Assembly: GCA_036012755.1 (NCBI GenBank)
Contig: DASCPX010000009.1
Span: 146,880 to 210,879, forward strand
Source: Myxococcota bacterium
Lineage (GTDB): Bacteria > Myxococcota_A > UBA796 > CAJQPC01
Direction of reading: 5' to 3'
DNA: 64,000 nucleotides
Shown: piece by piece, positions 7,905-16,953 of the stretch
Position numbering within the stretch: position 1 is the stretch's first letter
How the letters are laid out: every line of letters starts with the position of its first letter
Notes under the pieces: generated by a model
Databases searched by the model: none
The model's input: the letters and a program-made list of their open reading frames with translations, nothing else
Told to the model about the DNA's origin: nothing
Position numbers and translations under genes: made by a program

Positions 7905-10558
7905 CGGGACGAGGCCCAGCGCGCGAGCACCGGCAGCAGGGTGACCGAGGTGACGAAGCAGGTCCCGACACCGAGCACGACGAGACTCGCCAGGCCTGCG
8001 AGGCCGCGATGGTTGAGCAGGAAGAGCACTGAGAACCCGAGGCTGGTCGTGAGCGAGGTGAACAGGATCGCGCGGCCGGTTGCCGCGATGGCGGCGCTGA
8101 CGTCCTCGCCCCCTTCCTCCCAGCGGTGGAGGATGTGGACGCCGTCGTCGATGCCGATGCCGAAGACGATGGGAAAGGAAGCGAGCATGAGGATGCTGAT
8201 CGGAATGGACAGCGCGATGATCAACCCGATGGCGACGAAGCTGCCAAGGACCACCGGCACCAGCGCCACCAGTACCTTGCGCGGGCTGCGCAGGTCCAGC
8301 GCGAGGATCGCGCCGAGCGCGAGGACCGTGAAGCCGAGGGACATCGGCAGCCTGTCGATGCCTCCGACGAGCAGGTCGTCGACGACGAGGAGCGTCCCGG
8401 TCGCGAGCGGATCGACCTCCAGCACGTCCGCCTTGAAGCGCTGCAGGAACTCGAACTCGATGCGGTAGTCGCTCGGGTAGACGTAGGTGAGGTAGGCGTC
8501 CCCGTCGACGAAGCGACGGCGCAGCTCCTCGGGGAGATCCTCGACGCCGTAGCGCCAGTAGGCCGAGCCTGCCCGGAGCCCCTCGACGGCCTCGACGAGT
8601 CCACCGAGCAGCACGATCTCCGTGCGCGCCAGCTCCGCCTCTCGGCCATCCAGAGACCCCAGGGCTTCGGTTGCAGCCGCCTTGACCCTCCGGCCCTTCG
8701 CCGCGAGCCCAGGACGCCCGGCGACCCCTGCCTCCCCGGTGATGCGCGCCCCGATGGCTCTCAGCGCTTCAAGCTCCTCTCGCAGGGAGGCCGTGTCGAC
8801 CGCGTCGCGTTCTGGGACCTCCAGCCGCAGATCTGCGAGAAGTGGCAACAGACGCCGGTTGCGATCGAGGCGAGCCTCCACGTCCCGAGGCAGCAGATCG
8901 AAGGGCCCGGCGACGCGCGAGACCGTGTCCAGGGCAACAAACTGCGCAGCGCGCGCCCGGGACTCCTCCATCGAGCCGCTGACGGAGAGGACGGCCTCTG
9001 CCGAGCCGCCCAGGGCCTCGGCGAAGAGGTGGTTCGCGCGCATCGCCGGGATGTCCTGGGTGATGATCTTCTCGAGGTCCGTCTCGAGCTCGAAGCGGGG
9101 CAGCTGCGAAGCCGTGGCCGCGAGCACCACCAGCGACACGACGATGACCCGGACAGGATGCCGGAGGCAACCGGCGACCAGCCTGGACAGTGACTTCAGC
9201 TCCATCGTCACCCGCGGCCGCTTCACATGGAACCGATCGGTCAGGCACAGCGCAGCAGGGAGCACGCCGACCATGACGAAGAGCGCGCAGCCGAGGCCGA
9301 TGGCGGCCGTGACGCCCAGGTGCGTGGCAGCCTTGAAGTCGGTCAGGACCATCATCAAGAAGGCGGTCATCGTGGTGACCGCGCCGATGACCACACCGCG
9401 CCCTGTCCGCGACAAGGCGGTCACCATCGCCTCCTCTCCATCGAGGCCCAGGGCGCGCTCGTCGTTGTAGCGGACCACGACGTGCACGGCGTAGTCGACG
9501 CCGAGACCGAAGAGGAAGGTCGGGAAGGCCAACGAGGTGAGCGAGGCGTAGCCAAAGCAGAACTTCACGGCGGCGAAGGTCCAGACCAGCGTGACGAGCA
9601 GCCCGGCCCCGACGAGCAGCGGGGTGCTGATCCGGCGGTCCAGCAGGAAGAGCGCCGCGAGCACCAACACGAGCGACAGCGCGGACAGCGGGGCGATGCG
9701 ACCCAGCACGTTCTGCTGGTCCTGGTAGCCGCCGGGGATGATGCCGCAGAACTGCATCCACATGTCCGGGTGGGCCTCGCGGATCGGGTCGATGGCGGCC
9801 TCGATGGCGCCAAAGCCCTCCAGCCCGAGATCCACCTCGAGGGGTCTCAGGGTCGTCTGGACGTCGACGAAGCCAAGGGCCCCGTCCGGCGAGGCGAACC
9901 AGCCATCCCGGAGCGGGAGGCCCCCGACGTCGGCGCCGTCGGAGAGTCCGGCCATCCAGATGTCCTCGAGCCCATCCGGGTCCGCGACCAGGCTCTCGAG
10001 GAGCACCGCCAGGGCGTCCAGCGCGTCCTCGGCTCCAGCCGGGGCGCTGCGAGCGTTGAAGCCCTCGCCCAGGCGGGCAGACACGGCGCCGAGTCCGGAC
10101 TCGAGGGTGGGGTCCACCTCCAGCGCGAGGAGGATCGGGCGCAGCTCGACCAGCCCGTCGTGGAGCTCCTCGAAGTCCGCATCGGGCAGCTGCACCAGGC
10201 CGTGGCGCAGGATCTCGTCCCGGTCGACGCGCGCGCGGACGTCGACGACGTCGGGGAGCGGCAACAGCGCCTCCGAGACAGCCGTGGCGACCTCTCTCCG
10301 CTCCGTCTCCGTTCCGCCCTCGATGACCAGCACGACGCCACTCGCGGCGCCAAAGCGGGTGCTGTAGTCGACCAGCCGCTCCGCGACGGGGTCGCCGTCG
10401 TCGAGGATGCCCATGAAGGAGGCGTCCACCTTCAGGTCGTGCAGATACGTGAGGCTGCCCAGCGTCGCCAGCAGCGCGCCGAGCAGCACCAGTCGGGGCC
10501 GGCCCCAAGCCACTCGGGCAAGGCGAACCAACAGCTGCACGAGGGGCCCGCCATCCAC
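7901..10558 (-). CDS. MMPL/RND family transporter (HpnN-like)
   Basis: Two TM clusters with FGLGVDYAVHVV and FGIGIDDGVHIL, TGRAILFTSLTT; 885 aa. Confidence 0.9.
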   Translation of the reverse strand: MDGGPLVQLLVRLARVAWGRPRLVLLGALLATLGSLTYLHDLKVDASFMGILDDGDPVAERLVDYSTRFGAASGVVLVIEGGTETERREVATAVSEALLPLPDVVDVRARVDRDEILRHGLVQLPDADFEELHDGLVELRPILLALEVDPTLESGLGAVSARLGEGFNARSAPAGAEDALDALAVLLESLVADPDGLEDIWMAGLSDGADVGGLPLRDGWFASPDGALGFVDVQTTLRPLEVDLGLEGFGAIEAAIDPIREAHPDMWMQFCGIIPGGYQDQQNVLGRIAPLSALSLVLVLAALFLLDRRISTPLLVGAGLLVTLVWTFAAVKFCFGYASLTSLAFPTFLFGLGVDYAVHVVVRYNDERALGLDGEEAMVTALSRTGRGVVIGAVTTMTAFLMMVLTDFKAATHLGVTAAIGLGCALFVMVGVLPAALCLTDRFHVKRPRVTMELKSLSRLVAGCLRHPVRVIVVSLVVLAATASQLPRFELETDLEKIITQDIPAMRANHLFAEALGGSAEAVLSVSGSMEESRARAAQFVALDTVSRVAGPFDLLPRDVEARLDRNRRLLPLLADLRLEVPERDAVDTASLREELEALRAIGARITGEAGVAGRPGLAAKGRRVKAAATEALGSLDGREAELARTEIVLLGGLVEAVEGLRAGSAYWRYGVEDLPEELRRRFVDGDAYLTYVYPSDYRIEFEFLQRFKADVLEVDPLATGTLLVVDDLLVGGIDRLPMSLGFTVLALGAILALDLRSPRKVLVALVPVVLGSFVAIGLIIALSIPISILMLASFPIVFGIGIDDGVHILHRWEEGGEDVSAAIAATGRAILFTSLTTSLGFSVLFLLNHRGLAGLASLVVLGVGTCFVTSVTLLPVLARWASSR

Positions 10559-10567
10559 GGGCGGACT

Positions 10568-11776
10568 CTACTCGGATTCGGTCGTGTCCGGCGCGTCCGG
10601 GCTGTTGCGCGCGCTCTTGCGATCCCGACGCCAGGTCCTTCGCTGGACCCGCTCGTCGCGCTTGGTCTTGCCGCCGAAGCGGTAGCTGACCTCTGCGGTG
10701 CTCAGCAGCCAGGCCATGTGCGGCCGCGAGATCCCGAGGCCGAGCCGGATCGACAGGCGCTTGAAGTCCATCTGGTAGGCACCGGAGAGCGAGAAGGTCT
10801 GGGTGACCGGCTGCCAGCCGTCTTCGGCCTCGACGAGGTTGTAGGCCCCGGTCAGCAGGGGGGGAATGCTGGTGTCGTCGCCCTTGGTGCGCTTCCAGAC
10901 CATCGACCGACCCTGGAGGATCAGGCTGTCGCGCCGGTTCAAGCGAAGGTCGATGGCCGCGTGCGCCGAGACCGCGTCGGCCTCCAGCGCGATCGGATCG
11001 ACGTAGACGTCGAGGTCCTCGCTGGTCACCAGCAGCGCCGAGTTGATCTCGGCGAGGTCGGGGAGCCCCTCGAGCCCGATGGCCCAGTAGAGCACCCCGG
11101 CATGGATCCCCACCTTGGGATGAGCGACGACCGACAGGGTGCCGCCAACGGACTGGTAGCGCGCGCCGAAGTCCGACTGCACCAGCATGTAGCGCGAGCC
11201 CTGAAAAGCGAGGTCGACAGGCCCGAGCCGCAGCGGGTCGACCTTGGCGTTGACGTTGTAGAGCCCGATGGCGTCGAGCGGCAGGTTGGTGCCCACCTGG
11301 GTGCGGGGCAGGATGCCGATCTGGAGGTTCGAGAGACCGACCTTCACCTCTCCCCAGTCGAGGGTGTAGGCGGTGAAGTCGGTGTGCGCGTACGGATTCG
11401 GTGGCAGGGCCTTGAGCCGTGGCTTGAGCCAGTCGATCTGGCCCTTCGTCAGGTCCGGGACCTCGAGCGCGTCCGCGGCGACGTCCACTGGCAGCGCCGG
11501 CGCGTCGAACTCCGCCTCGGGCAGCTCCTCGGCGGTCTGGAGCTCCGAGAGGTCGAGGGCCTGCGGCAACTGGGGCTCAGCGGGGGTCTCGGGCTCAGCG
11601 GGGACCTCGGGCTCAGCGGGGACCTCGGGCTCAGCGGGGACCTCGGGCTCACCGGGCGCCTCGAGCTCAACGGGGACCTCGGGCTCCTCCTCCTCCGTGT
11701 CGTCCGTGACCTGCTCGCCAGACCACGCGAGGAGGTCATCGTCGGCAGAGGCCAGGCTGAGCCAGAACCAGAACAC
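10568..11776 (-). CDS. Secreted, possibly outer-membrane beta-rich protein with N-terminal Glu/Pro-rich repeat
   Basis: GTG at 11776 after purine-rich RBS; FWFWLSLASA leader; EPEVPA repeats; alternating beta strands ending EVSYRFGG. Confidence 0.7.
   Translation of the reverse strand: MFWFWLSLASADDDLLAWSGEQVTDDTEEEEPEVPVELEAPGEPEVPAEPEVPAEPEVPAEPETPAEPQLPQALDLSELQTAEELPEAEFDAPALPVDVAADALEVPDLTKGQIDWLKPRLKALPPNPYAHTDFTAYTLDWGEVKVGLSNLQIGILPRTQVGTNLPLDAIGLYNVNAKVDPLRLGPVDLAFQGSRYMLVQSDFGARYQSVGGTLSVVAHPKVGIHAGVLYWAIGLEGLPDLAEINSALLVTSEDLDVYVDPIALEADAVSAHAAIDLRLNRRDSLILQGRSMVWKRTKGDDTSIPPLLTGAYNLVEAEDGWQPVTQTFSLSGAYQMDFKRLSIRLGLGISRPHMAWLLSTAEVSYRFGGKTKRDERVQRRTWRRDRKSARNSPDAPDTTESE
11573..11686. 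repeat. 18-bp coding tandem repeat (GGGCTCAGCGGGGACCTC) encoding EPEVPA
   Basis: About 4 near-perfect plus 2 degenerate copies read directly. Confidence 0.85.
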
Positions 11777-11861
11777 CTTCTCTTCCTCGGTCGAAACACC
11801 CCAACACTGTAGGCCGCCGCCGACATGGGTCACACTCTGCGCTGACGAACAGGACAGAGGC

Positions 11862-13724
11862 GTGAGAGACCGTCTGCTCGGATGGCCGCTGGCCGCCGCC
11901 GTCTACCTCGGCCTTGCCCTGTGGACGCTCTACCCGGCCTGGCTGGACGGCGAGCACGTCCTCGTCGGCGACTGGCGCCATCCAGACATGCTGAGCAACC
12001 ACTGGCTCTACGCCTGGATCGGAGAGAGCCTGCTCTCGGGCGAGTCCATCCTCCACAACACCGACTACTACTTCCCGATCGGCGACCACCCCTGGCTCGC
12101 CGGGAACGGCTCCGACGCCGTGCTCGCGGCTCCCTTCCACGGTCTGCTGGGGTGGCCGGGCAGCGTGACGGCCTGGCTCGTGTGCGTGCTCGTCGCCAAC
12201 GGAATCGCCGGGCGGGCGCTGTGCCGCGTGATGGGCGGAACCAACGCCGGCTCGCTCTTCGGCGGCGCGACCATCGCGCTGTGCGCCTATGTCTGCCACG
12301 AGCTCGCGGGCGGGCGCTTCTCCCAGGTCCCGCTGTGGGCCTTCGCGGGCTTCCTCGCCGCCTGGATCCGCCTGCTCTCCAAGCCCACCCTCGGCATGGG
12401 CGTGCTCGCGGGGGTGCTCTACGCCGTCGGCGCCTTCCTCTACTGGTACTACGGCCTCTGGGCCGCCGGCATCGCGGCGCTGCTGCTGGCCTTCCGCAGA
12501 CCAAGAGAAGGCTGGATGCCCCTGGGGGTCTGCGCGGCCGTCGCCGCCGCCCTGACGCTCCCCCCGCTGTTGCTCTTCCTGAAGAACTGGGCGCTGATCC
12601 CCGGGACCGACGCCGCGGTCTTCCCCCACCCGCTGGCCATGACCTCCGGCCTGCCTCCGACCTTCCTCTTCTGGGGCAGCAGCGCCGAGCGTGGCGAGGT
12701 CATCGTCTCGGCCATCGCGCTCGGGCTGGCGGCGCTCGGCGTCTGGAGGAGCCGCCCGCTGAGCTGGCGGGACAAGGGCATGCTCGCGGTCGGGGCGATC
12801 TTCTTCCTGCTGGCGCTCGGGCCCGAGATCCTCGCTCCGAGCGGCGCAGGAACCGGCGTCCCTGGTCCCTTCCGCCTCGCCTACGGCACCGTCGGGGTGC
12901 TCCAGCGCTACTGGTGGCCCTATCGCCATGTCGTAGTCGTGCTCTTCGTCGTAGCCGTCTTCGCCGCAAGGGCCCTGCCGGAGAAGTGGCCCCTGGCGCT
13001 GGGGTTGGTGGTGGCCTTGCCGGTCGACTTGATCCTGCGCGACGGCAAGGCCTCTGCGCCCTCGGCGTGGTGGGAGCCCCCAGAGGCCTACCTGGCCATC
13101 GCCGAGCTCCCCGGCGAAGCGCTCATCGAGCTCCCGATCGCGCCCCAGGTGGTCTCGGCCCAGCAGACCCTCAGCTACCAGCGAGTCCACCAAAAGAAGC
13201 TCGTGAACGGTCACGCCATGTGGGTCGATCGGGTGCGCCCCGACGAATGGGACCAGTGGGTGGCGGACAACACCTTCCTGTCCGTGCTGCAGGCCTACGA
13301 ACGCGGCGAGCTGATGGTCGCGCCCTTCGCTTTCCGCCCCGAGCACGTCGTGGCACTTCGCAACGACGGCGTCCGCTACCTGGTCGTCAACGCCGAGTAC
13401 TTCCCGCGCGCTCTCTACGGGCTCGTAGAGCGCTACCCGAAGATCTTCGACCCGCTCTTCGGCGAGCCCGTGTACGTCTTCCGCGACCACCTGTGGGTCT
13501 GGGATCTCGAGGGCTACACCCACGCTGGCTACGTCGAGGACGTCCCGCCCTTCGGCCTGCCAGAGGACTACCGGAACCGCGACGGGACCGCCATGCTGGA
13601 CGTCGGTCACGGCCGGGCCCTGGGTCTCCGCGGCCTGGCGCGCTTGTTCCCACCCACCATTCCGCCGGAGCCGCTCCGCGAGGGAGACGACCTGGGCGCC
13701 GCCCCTGGAGATGATCGCCGGTGA
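11862..13724 (+). CDS. Polytopic membrane protein, putative GT-C fold glycosyltransferase
   Basis: GTG at 11862; N-terminal TM then DMLSNHW..FPIG loop; about 12 TM; LALGP and WPYR motifs; C-terminal soluble domain. Confidence 0.7.
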   Translation: MRDRLLGWPLAAAVYLGLALWTLYPAWLDGEHVLVGDWRHPDMLSNHWLYAWIGESLLSGESILHNTDYYFPIGDHPWLAGNGSDAVLAAPFHGLLGWPGSVTAWLVCVLVANGIAGRALCRVMGGTNAGSLFGGATIALCAYVCHELAGGRFSQVPLWAFAGFLAAWIRLLSKPTLGMGVLAGVLYAVGAFLYWYYGLWAAGIAALLLAFRRPREGWMPLGVCAAVAAALTLPPLLLFLKNWALIPGTDAAVFPHPLAMTSGLPPTFLFWGSSAERGEVIVSAIALGLAALGVWRSRPLSWRDKGMLAVGAIFFLLALGPEILAPSGAGTGVPGPFRLAYGTVGVLQRYWWPYRHVVVVLFVVAVFAARALPEKWPLALGLVVALPVDLILRDGKASAPSAWWEPPEAYLAIAELPGEALIELPIAPQVVSAQQTLSYQRVHQKKLVNGHAMWVDRVRPDEWDQWVADNTFLSVLQAYERGELMVAPFAFRPEHVVALRNDGVRYLVVNAEYFPRALYGLVERYPKIFDPLFGEPVYVFRDHLWVWDLEGYTHAGYVEDVPPFGLPEDYRNRDGTAMLDVGHGRALGLRGLARLFPPTIPPEPLREGDDLGAAPGDDRR

Positions 13725-15337
13725 GACACCTCGGCGCCCTCGTCGTCGTCGCCGTCGCCTTCTTGGTGGTCTGGCCCGGTCCCTTCGCAGATGGCGCCCT
13801 GGGTCACCCCACCGGAGACATGCCGGATCACCTCTGGGGCACCTGGTGGGTCGCTCGGTCCCTGGCCTCTGGGGACCTCCCCCTGACAACAGCGATCACG
13901 CACCTGCCGGAGGGCGGGGCGCTGTGGCACCCGGATCCCCTGGGGGCGCTCATCGCCGCGCCGTTTTCCTTCCTGGGCCCCCATCGGGCGTGGAATCTCC
14001 TGGTCACCCTGCAGGTCGTGCTCGCCGGAGTCGCGGCCTACGGCATGGGCCGGGACATCAGCGGTGATCCGGTGGGCGGGGTGGCAGCGGGCATCATCGT
14101 CGCGGCCTCGCCCTATGTCCTCGGGCTGGTGCACAGCGGCCTGTCCGAGTACCTCGGCCTGCTCCTGCCCGTCTGCTTCCTCTGGACCCTGGTCCGGTCA
14201 CTCGACGGACGCTCGCCGGCCTGGCTCCCCGGCTTGCTGCTGGGTCTGTGCGCCTGGCAGGCGCTCTACTACGGGGTCTTCGGCGGCCTGCTGGCCCTCT
14301 GCCTGGTCACCCGGGCGCGCCTGCCGACGCTGGCCCGCACGCTTGCGGTCGGAGCCCTCGTCGCCGCCCCCGCCGCGGGCCTGGCGTGGTGGAGCCTGCA
14401 CGCGCCAGATCCGGCCTTCACACCCGACCAGGCCCCTGGATGGGAGATGCACCGGCTCCCGGCGGTGGACCTGATGAGCTGGCTGCGCCCGGGCGACTGG
14501 TTCCACCCGGACACCCCGGCGCTCGGCAACCCCGGCATCCTCCACGTCAACTACGTCGGCTGGAGCGTGGTCGCCCTCGCGGTCGTCGCGCTGGTCCGCC
14601 GGCCGAAGCTGCGCCGGGACCTGCGCGGCGCCGCGGCCTTCGGCGTGCTCGCGTTGGGGCCGGCCTTGAGCTGGAACCGCATGCCGTTGCGCCTGGGCAC
14701 CCTGCCGCTGTTGTTGCCCCTGGCCCTGCTCTACGCGACCCCGCTGGACTTCATCCACCACCCCTACCGCATCGCCGGCTTCGTCATGCCGCTGTTGGCG
14801 TTGTTCGCCGCGGTCGGCGTCTCCGCCCTGCCTCGGGTGGTCGGGCTCCTGGCCCCGGCGGTGGTGCTGGTGGAGTTCCTCTTCGCCTCTCCGGGACCCT
14901 GGCCGGTGCAGGTCACCCCGATGCCAGAGGTCGCCGAGCTCGAAGGGGCCCGCCTCGACTGGCCACCCGATGCCTCCGCGGCGAACCGCCAGTACCTCCT
15001 GGCGCAGACCCTGCACGGCCAGCCCATCGCCTATGGCATCAACGTCTTCGTCACCGACGGAGTCGCCAAGACCCCCCTGGCCAACGAGGCCCTCGGCCTG
15101 CTCGAGGTGGAGACTCGCTCACGAAACCGCGACGTCCCGGGGCGCTTCACGCTCCCGGAGGCCACAGGTCCGAGCCTCGATCAGCAAGGATTCCACTGGC
15201 TCGTCCTTCACGAGGACCAGCTCTCTGGCGAGGAGCTCGAGGCGACCATGCGCCTGTTCACCCGCCGCCTGGGACCTCCAGATGTGGCATCAGGGGATGT
15301 CGCTGCGTGGAGGCTCCGAGACCAGTCCCGACCTTAG
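13721..15337 (+). CDS. Polytopic membrane protein, putative GT-C fold glycosyltransferase (paralog of upstream gene)
   Basis: GTGA overlap; DMPDHLWG..HLPEGG loop, LALGP, HPYR motifs. Confidence 0.7.
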   Translation: MRHLGALVVVAVAFLVVWPGPFADGALGHPTGDMPDHLWGTWWVARSLASGDLPLTTAITHLPEGGALWHPDPLGALIAAPFSFLGPHRAWNLLVTLQVVLAGVAAYGMGRDISGDPVGGVAAGIIVAASPYVLGLVHSGLSEYLGLLLPVCFLWTLVRSLDGRSPAWLPGLLLGLCAWQALYYGVFGGLLALCLVTRARLPTLARTLAVGALVAAPAAGLAWWSLHAPDPAFTPDQAPGWEMHRLPAVDLMSWLRPGDWFHPDTPALGNPGILHVNYVGWSVVALAVVALVRRPKLRRDLRGAAAFGVLALGPALSWNRMPLRLGTLPLLLPLALLYATPLDFIHHPYRIAGFVMPLLALFAAVGVSALPRVVGLLAPAVVLVEFLFASPGPWPVQVTPMPEVAELEGARLDWPPDASAANRQYLLAQTLHGQPIAYGINVFVTDGVAKTPLANEALGLLEVETRSRNRDVPGRFTLPEATGPSLDQQGFHWLVLHEDQLSGEELEATMRLFTRRLGPPDVASGDVAAWRLRDQSRP

Positions 15338-16449
15338 CCGTCGCGCCTTCCACCGGCGCCCCGGAGCGGCGTCCTGGAACGGCGGTGCCTCCGCCACACC
15401 CCGGGCTTGCCCAGCCCCACCCGCGAGGGCTCTACGATTCCGCCCCGATGGACCGCCAGCCACGGCCCCTCACGGTTCCGAAACAGCGCACACCTTCCCT
15501 CGTGCACCGCCGCGTGGTGAACCGAGCACAGGGTGAAGAGGTTGGCCTCCTCGTGTGTGCCGCCGTCAGCGAAGGGCACCCCGTGATGTAGCTGCAGGAA
15601 GAGGGTGCACGTGCACCCGGGGAACACGCAGCGGTAGGCATCCCGAGCCAAGACCGCCCGCCGCGTGCGGTCGGGGACATGGCGGGTGAGCTGGCCTCGG
15701 TCGGGGCCGTCCGTCAGGTCGAGGACATCGCCGTCGTCCTCTGCCTGGGTGGCCACATGGTCCATCACCATGAAGTCGGGGCTCGAGGCCGCCGCGCAGT
15801 CCGGGCAGCGAGTGACCACGGTTCTGTAGATGGGCTCTGTCGGAGGCTCCTCTGCTTGCTGCTCCACCGCCATCGCCCCACGGCGGATGATCAAGCCCAC
15901 CAGGCGTCCGGCGTCCAGGTCATCGCTGTCCACCCCCGACTGCACTCGGAGCAACGCGATTGCTCGGTCGAGGACCTCGCTGTCGGCGGCCTCGAGCATG
16001 AAGGAGCGCCTCACTCGCGGAGGTGGCAGCTCCTCCTCCGGGTCGGGAGGCAGATCTCCAGGCTCGCGGCCGGAGAGTTGCTGCTCGAGGACCCGGTTGG
16101 AGATGTTCCGGGCTCGCTCGATCCACTCCTCGACGTTGTCTGTCGTGACCACCGGAAGCAGCCGCGCGGCCTTGGTGTAGGACAGACTCCCGCTGGAAAA
16201 CGCCGCCTCCAGAGCTGGAAGAGCGGGGACCCGCTCGGCCAGGCTCAACAGCACCTTCACCTTGGCCCCGCCGATGTCCAACGCCTCCCTAGCGTAGGCG
16301 ATCAGCGAGGCGAAGCCGAGGTCCTGGAACAGGGCCGTGCGTCTGGCCTCCAGCAGCAGGACAGCGATCCGGTGGTCGAGGGCACGCGAGGCGTGGACGG
16401 CGTCGAGGAGCTCCTGGTGGAGCGACTGTGCGGAAGTGTTCATGACCAT
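15334..16449 (-). CDS. HNH endonuclease with DUF222-like N-terminal region
   Basis: RRAVLARDAYRCVFPGC..LQLHH...GG.H...NLFTLCSVHH..VH HNH signature; CPDC; LSYTKA..L typical of this family. Confidence 0.85.
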   Translation of the reverse strand: MVMNTSAQSLHQELLDAVHASRALDHRIAVLLLEARRTALFQDLGFASLIAYAREALDIGGAKVKVLLSLAERVPALPALEAAFSSGSLSYTKAARLLPVVTTDNVEEWIERARNISNRVLEQQLSGREPGDLPPDPEEELPPPRVRRSFMLEAADSEVLDRAIALLRVQSGVDSDDLDAGRLVGLIIRRGAMAVEQQAEEPPTEPIYRTVVTRCPDCAAASSPDFMVMDHVATQAEDDGDVLDLTDGPDRGQLTRHVPDRTRRAVLARDAYRCVFPGCTCTLFLQLHHGVPFADGGTHEEANLFTLCSVHHAAVHEGRCALFRNREGPWLAVHRGGIVEPSRVGLGKPGVWRRHRRSRTPLRGAGGRRDG

Positions 16450-16953
16450 CCTCTAACATGCCGTTTTTGCTCGCTATTGTGCGCTCTCTGGGCGGCAGAT
16501 CAGGCCTGATTCCGAGCTTGTAGGACCCTCGGGGGCCTCGAGGCGATCCTGGGGGCCCTGAGGAGCCTTCAGGGGCCTCGCAGTTCGGACCGAGGCCGAC
16601 ACCGGTTGCGGGCCTCAGCAACGCGGATTGGTTTACATCGTCTTGACATCTTCGCGCGGCCTGCTTGGCGGATGTCCGGTCGGCCACGGTCGCCTCCTGG
16701 CCTCGTCACCTCGTCGGCGAGCACCGGGACCCGCGAGCTCGGGCTCCCCGACGTTGACGAGTGAGGAATCGGCTCGCTTCTCCCTGTCGAGCCCGGCCCG
16801 GCTCCTACGCGCTGCGTGCCATTTGGTCGAGGGTGCGCGCCGAGGCTTTCCCCGAGGGTGGGGCGTGTGGCCTCCCGCTCGAAGCCTGCTGTCCGGGCGA
16901 CATGGAGATCACACGATCCGGCACGTTGCCTCCCAAGCGAGTCGCGGACATCG

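Noticed and set aside
15334..16449. HNH protein as IscB/Cas9-like RNA-guided nuclease
   Set aside because: No RuvC motifs, PLMP N-terminus or bridge helix; fits the DUF222-HNH type
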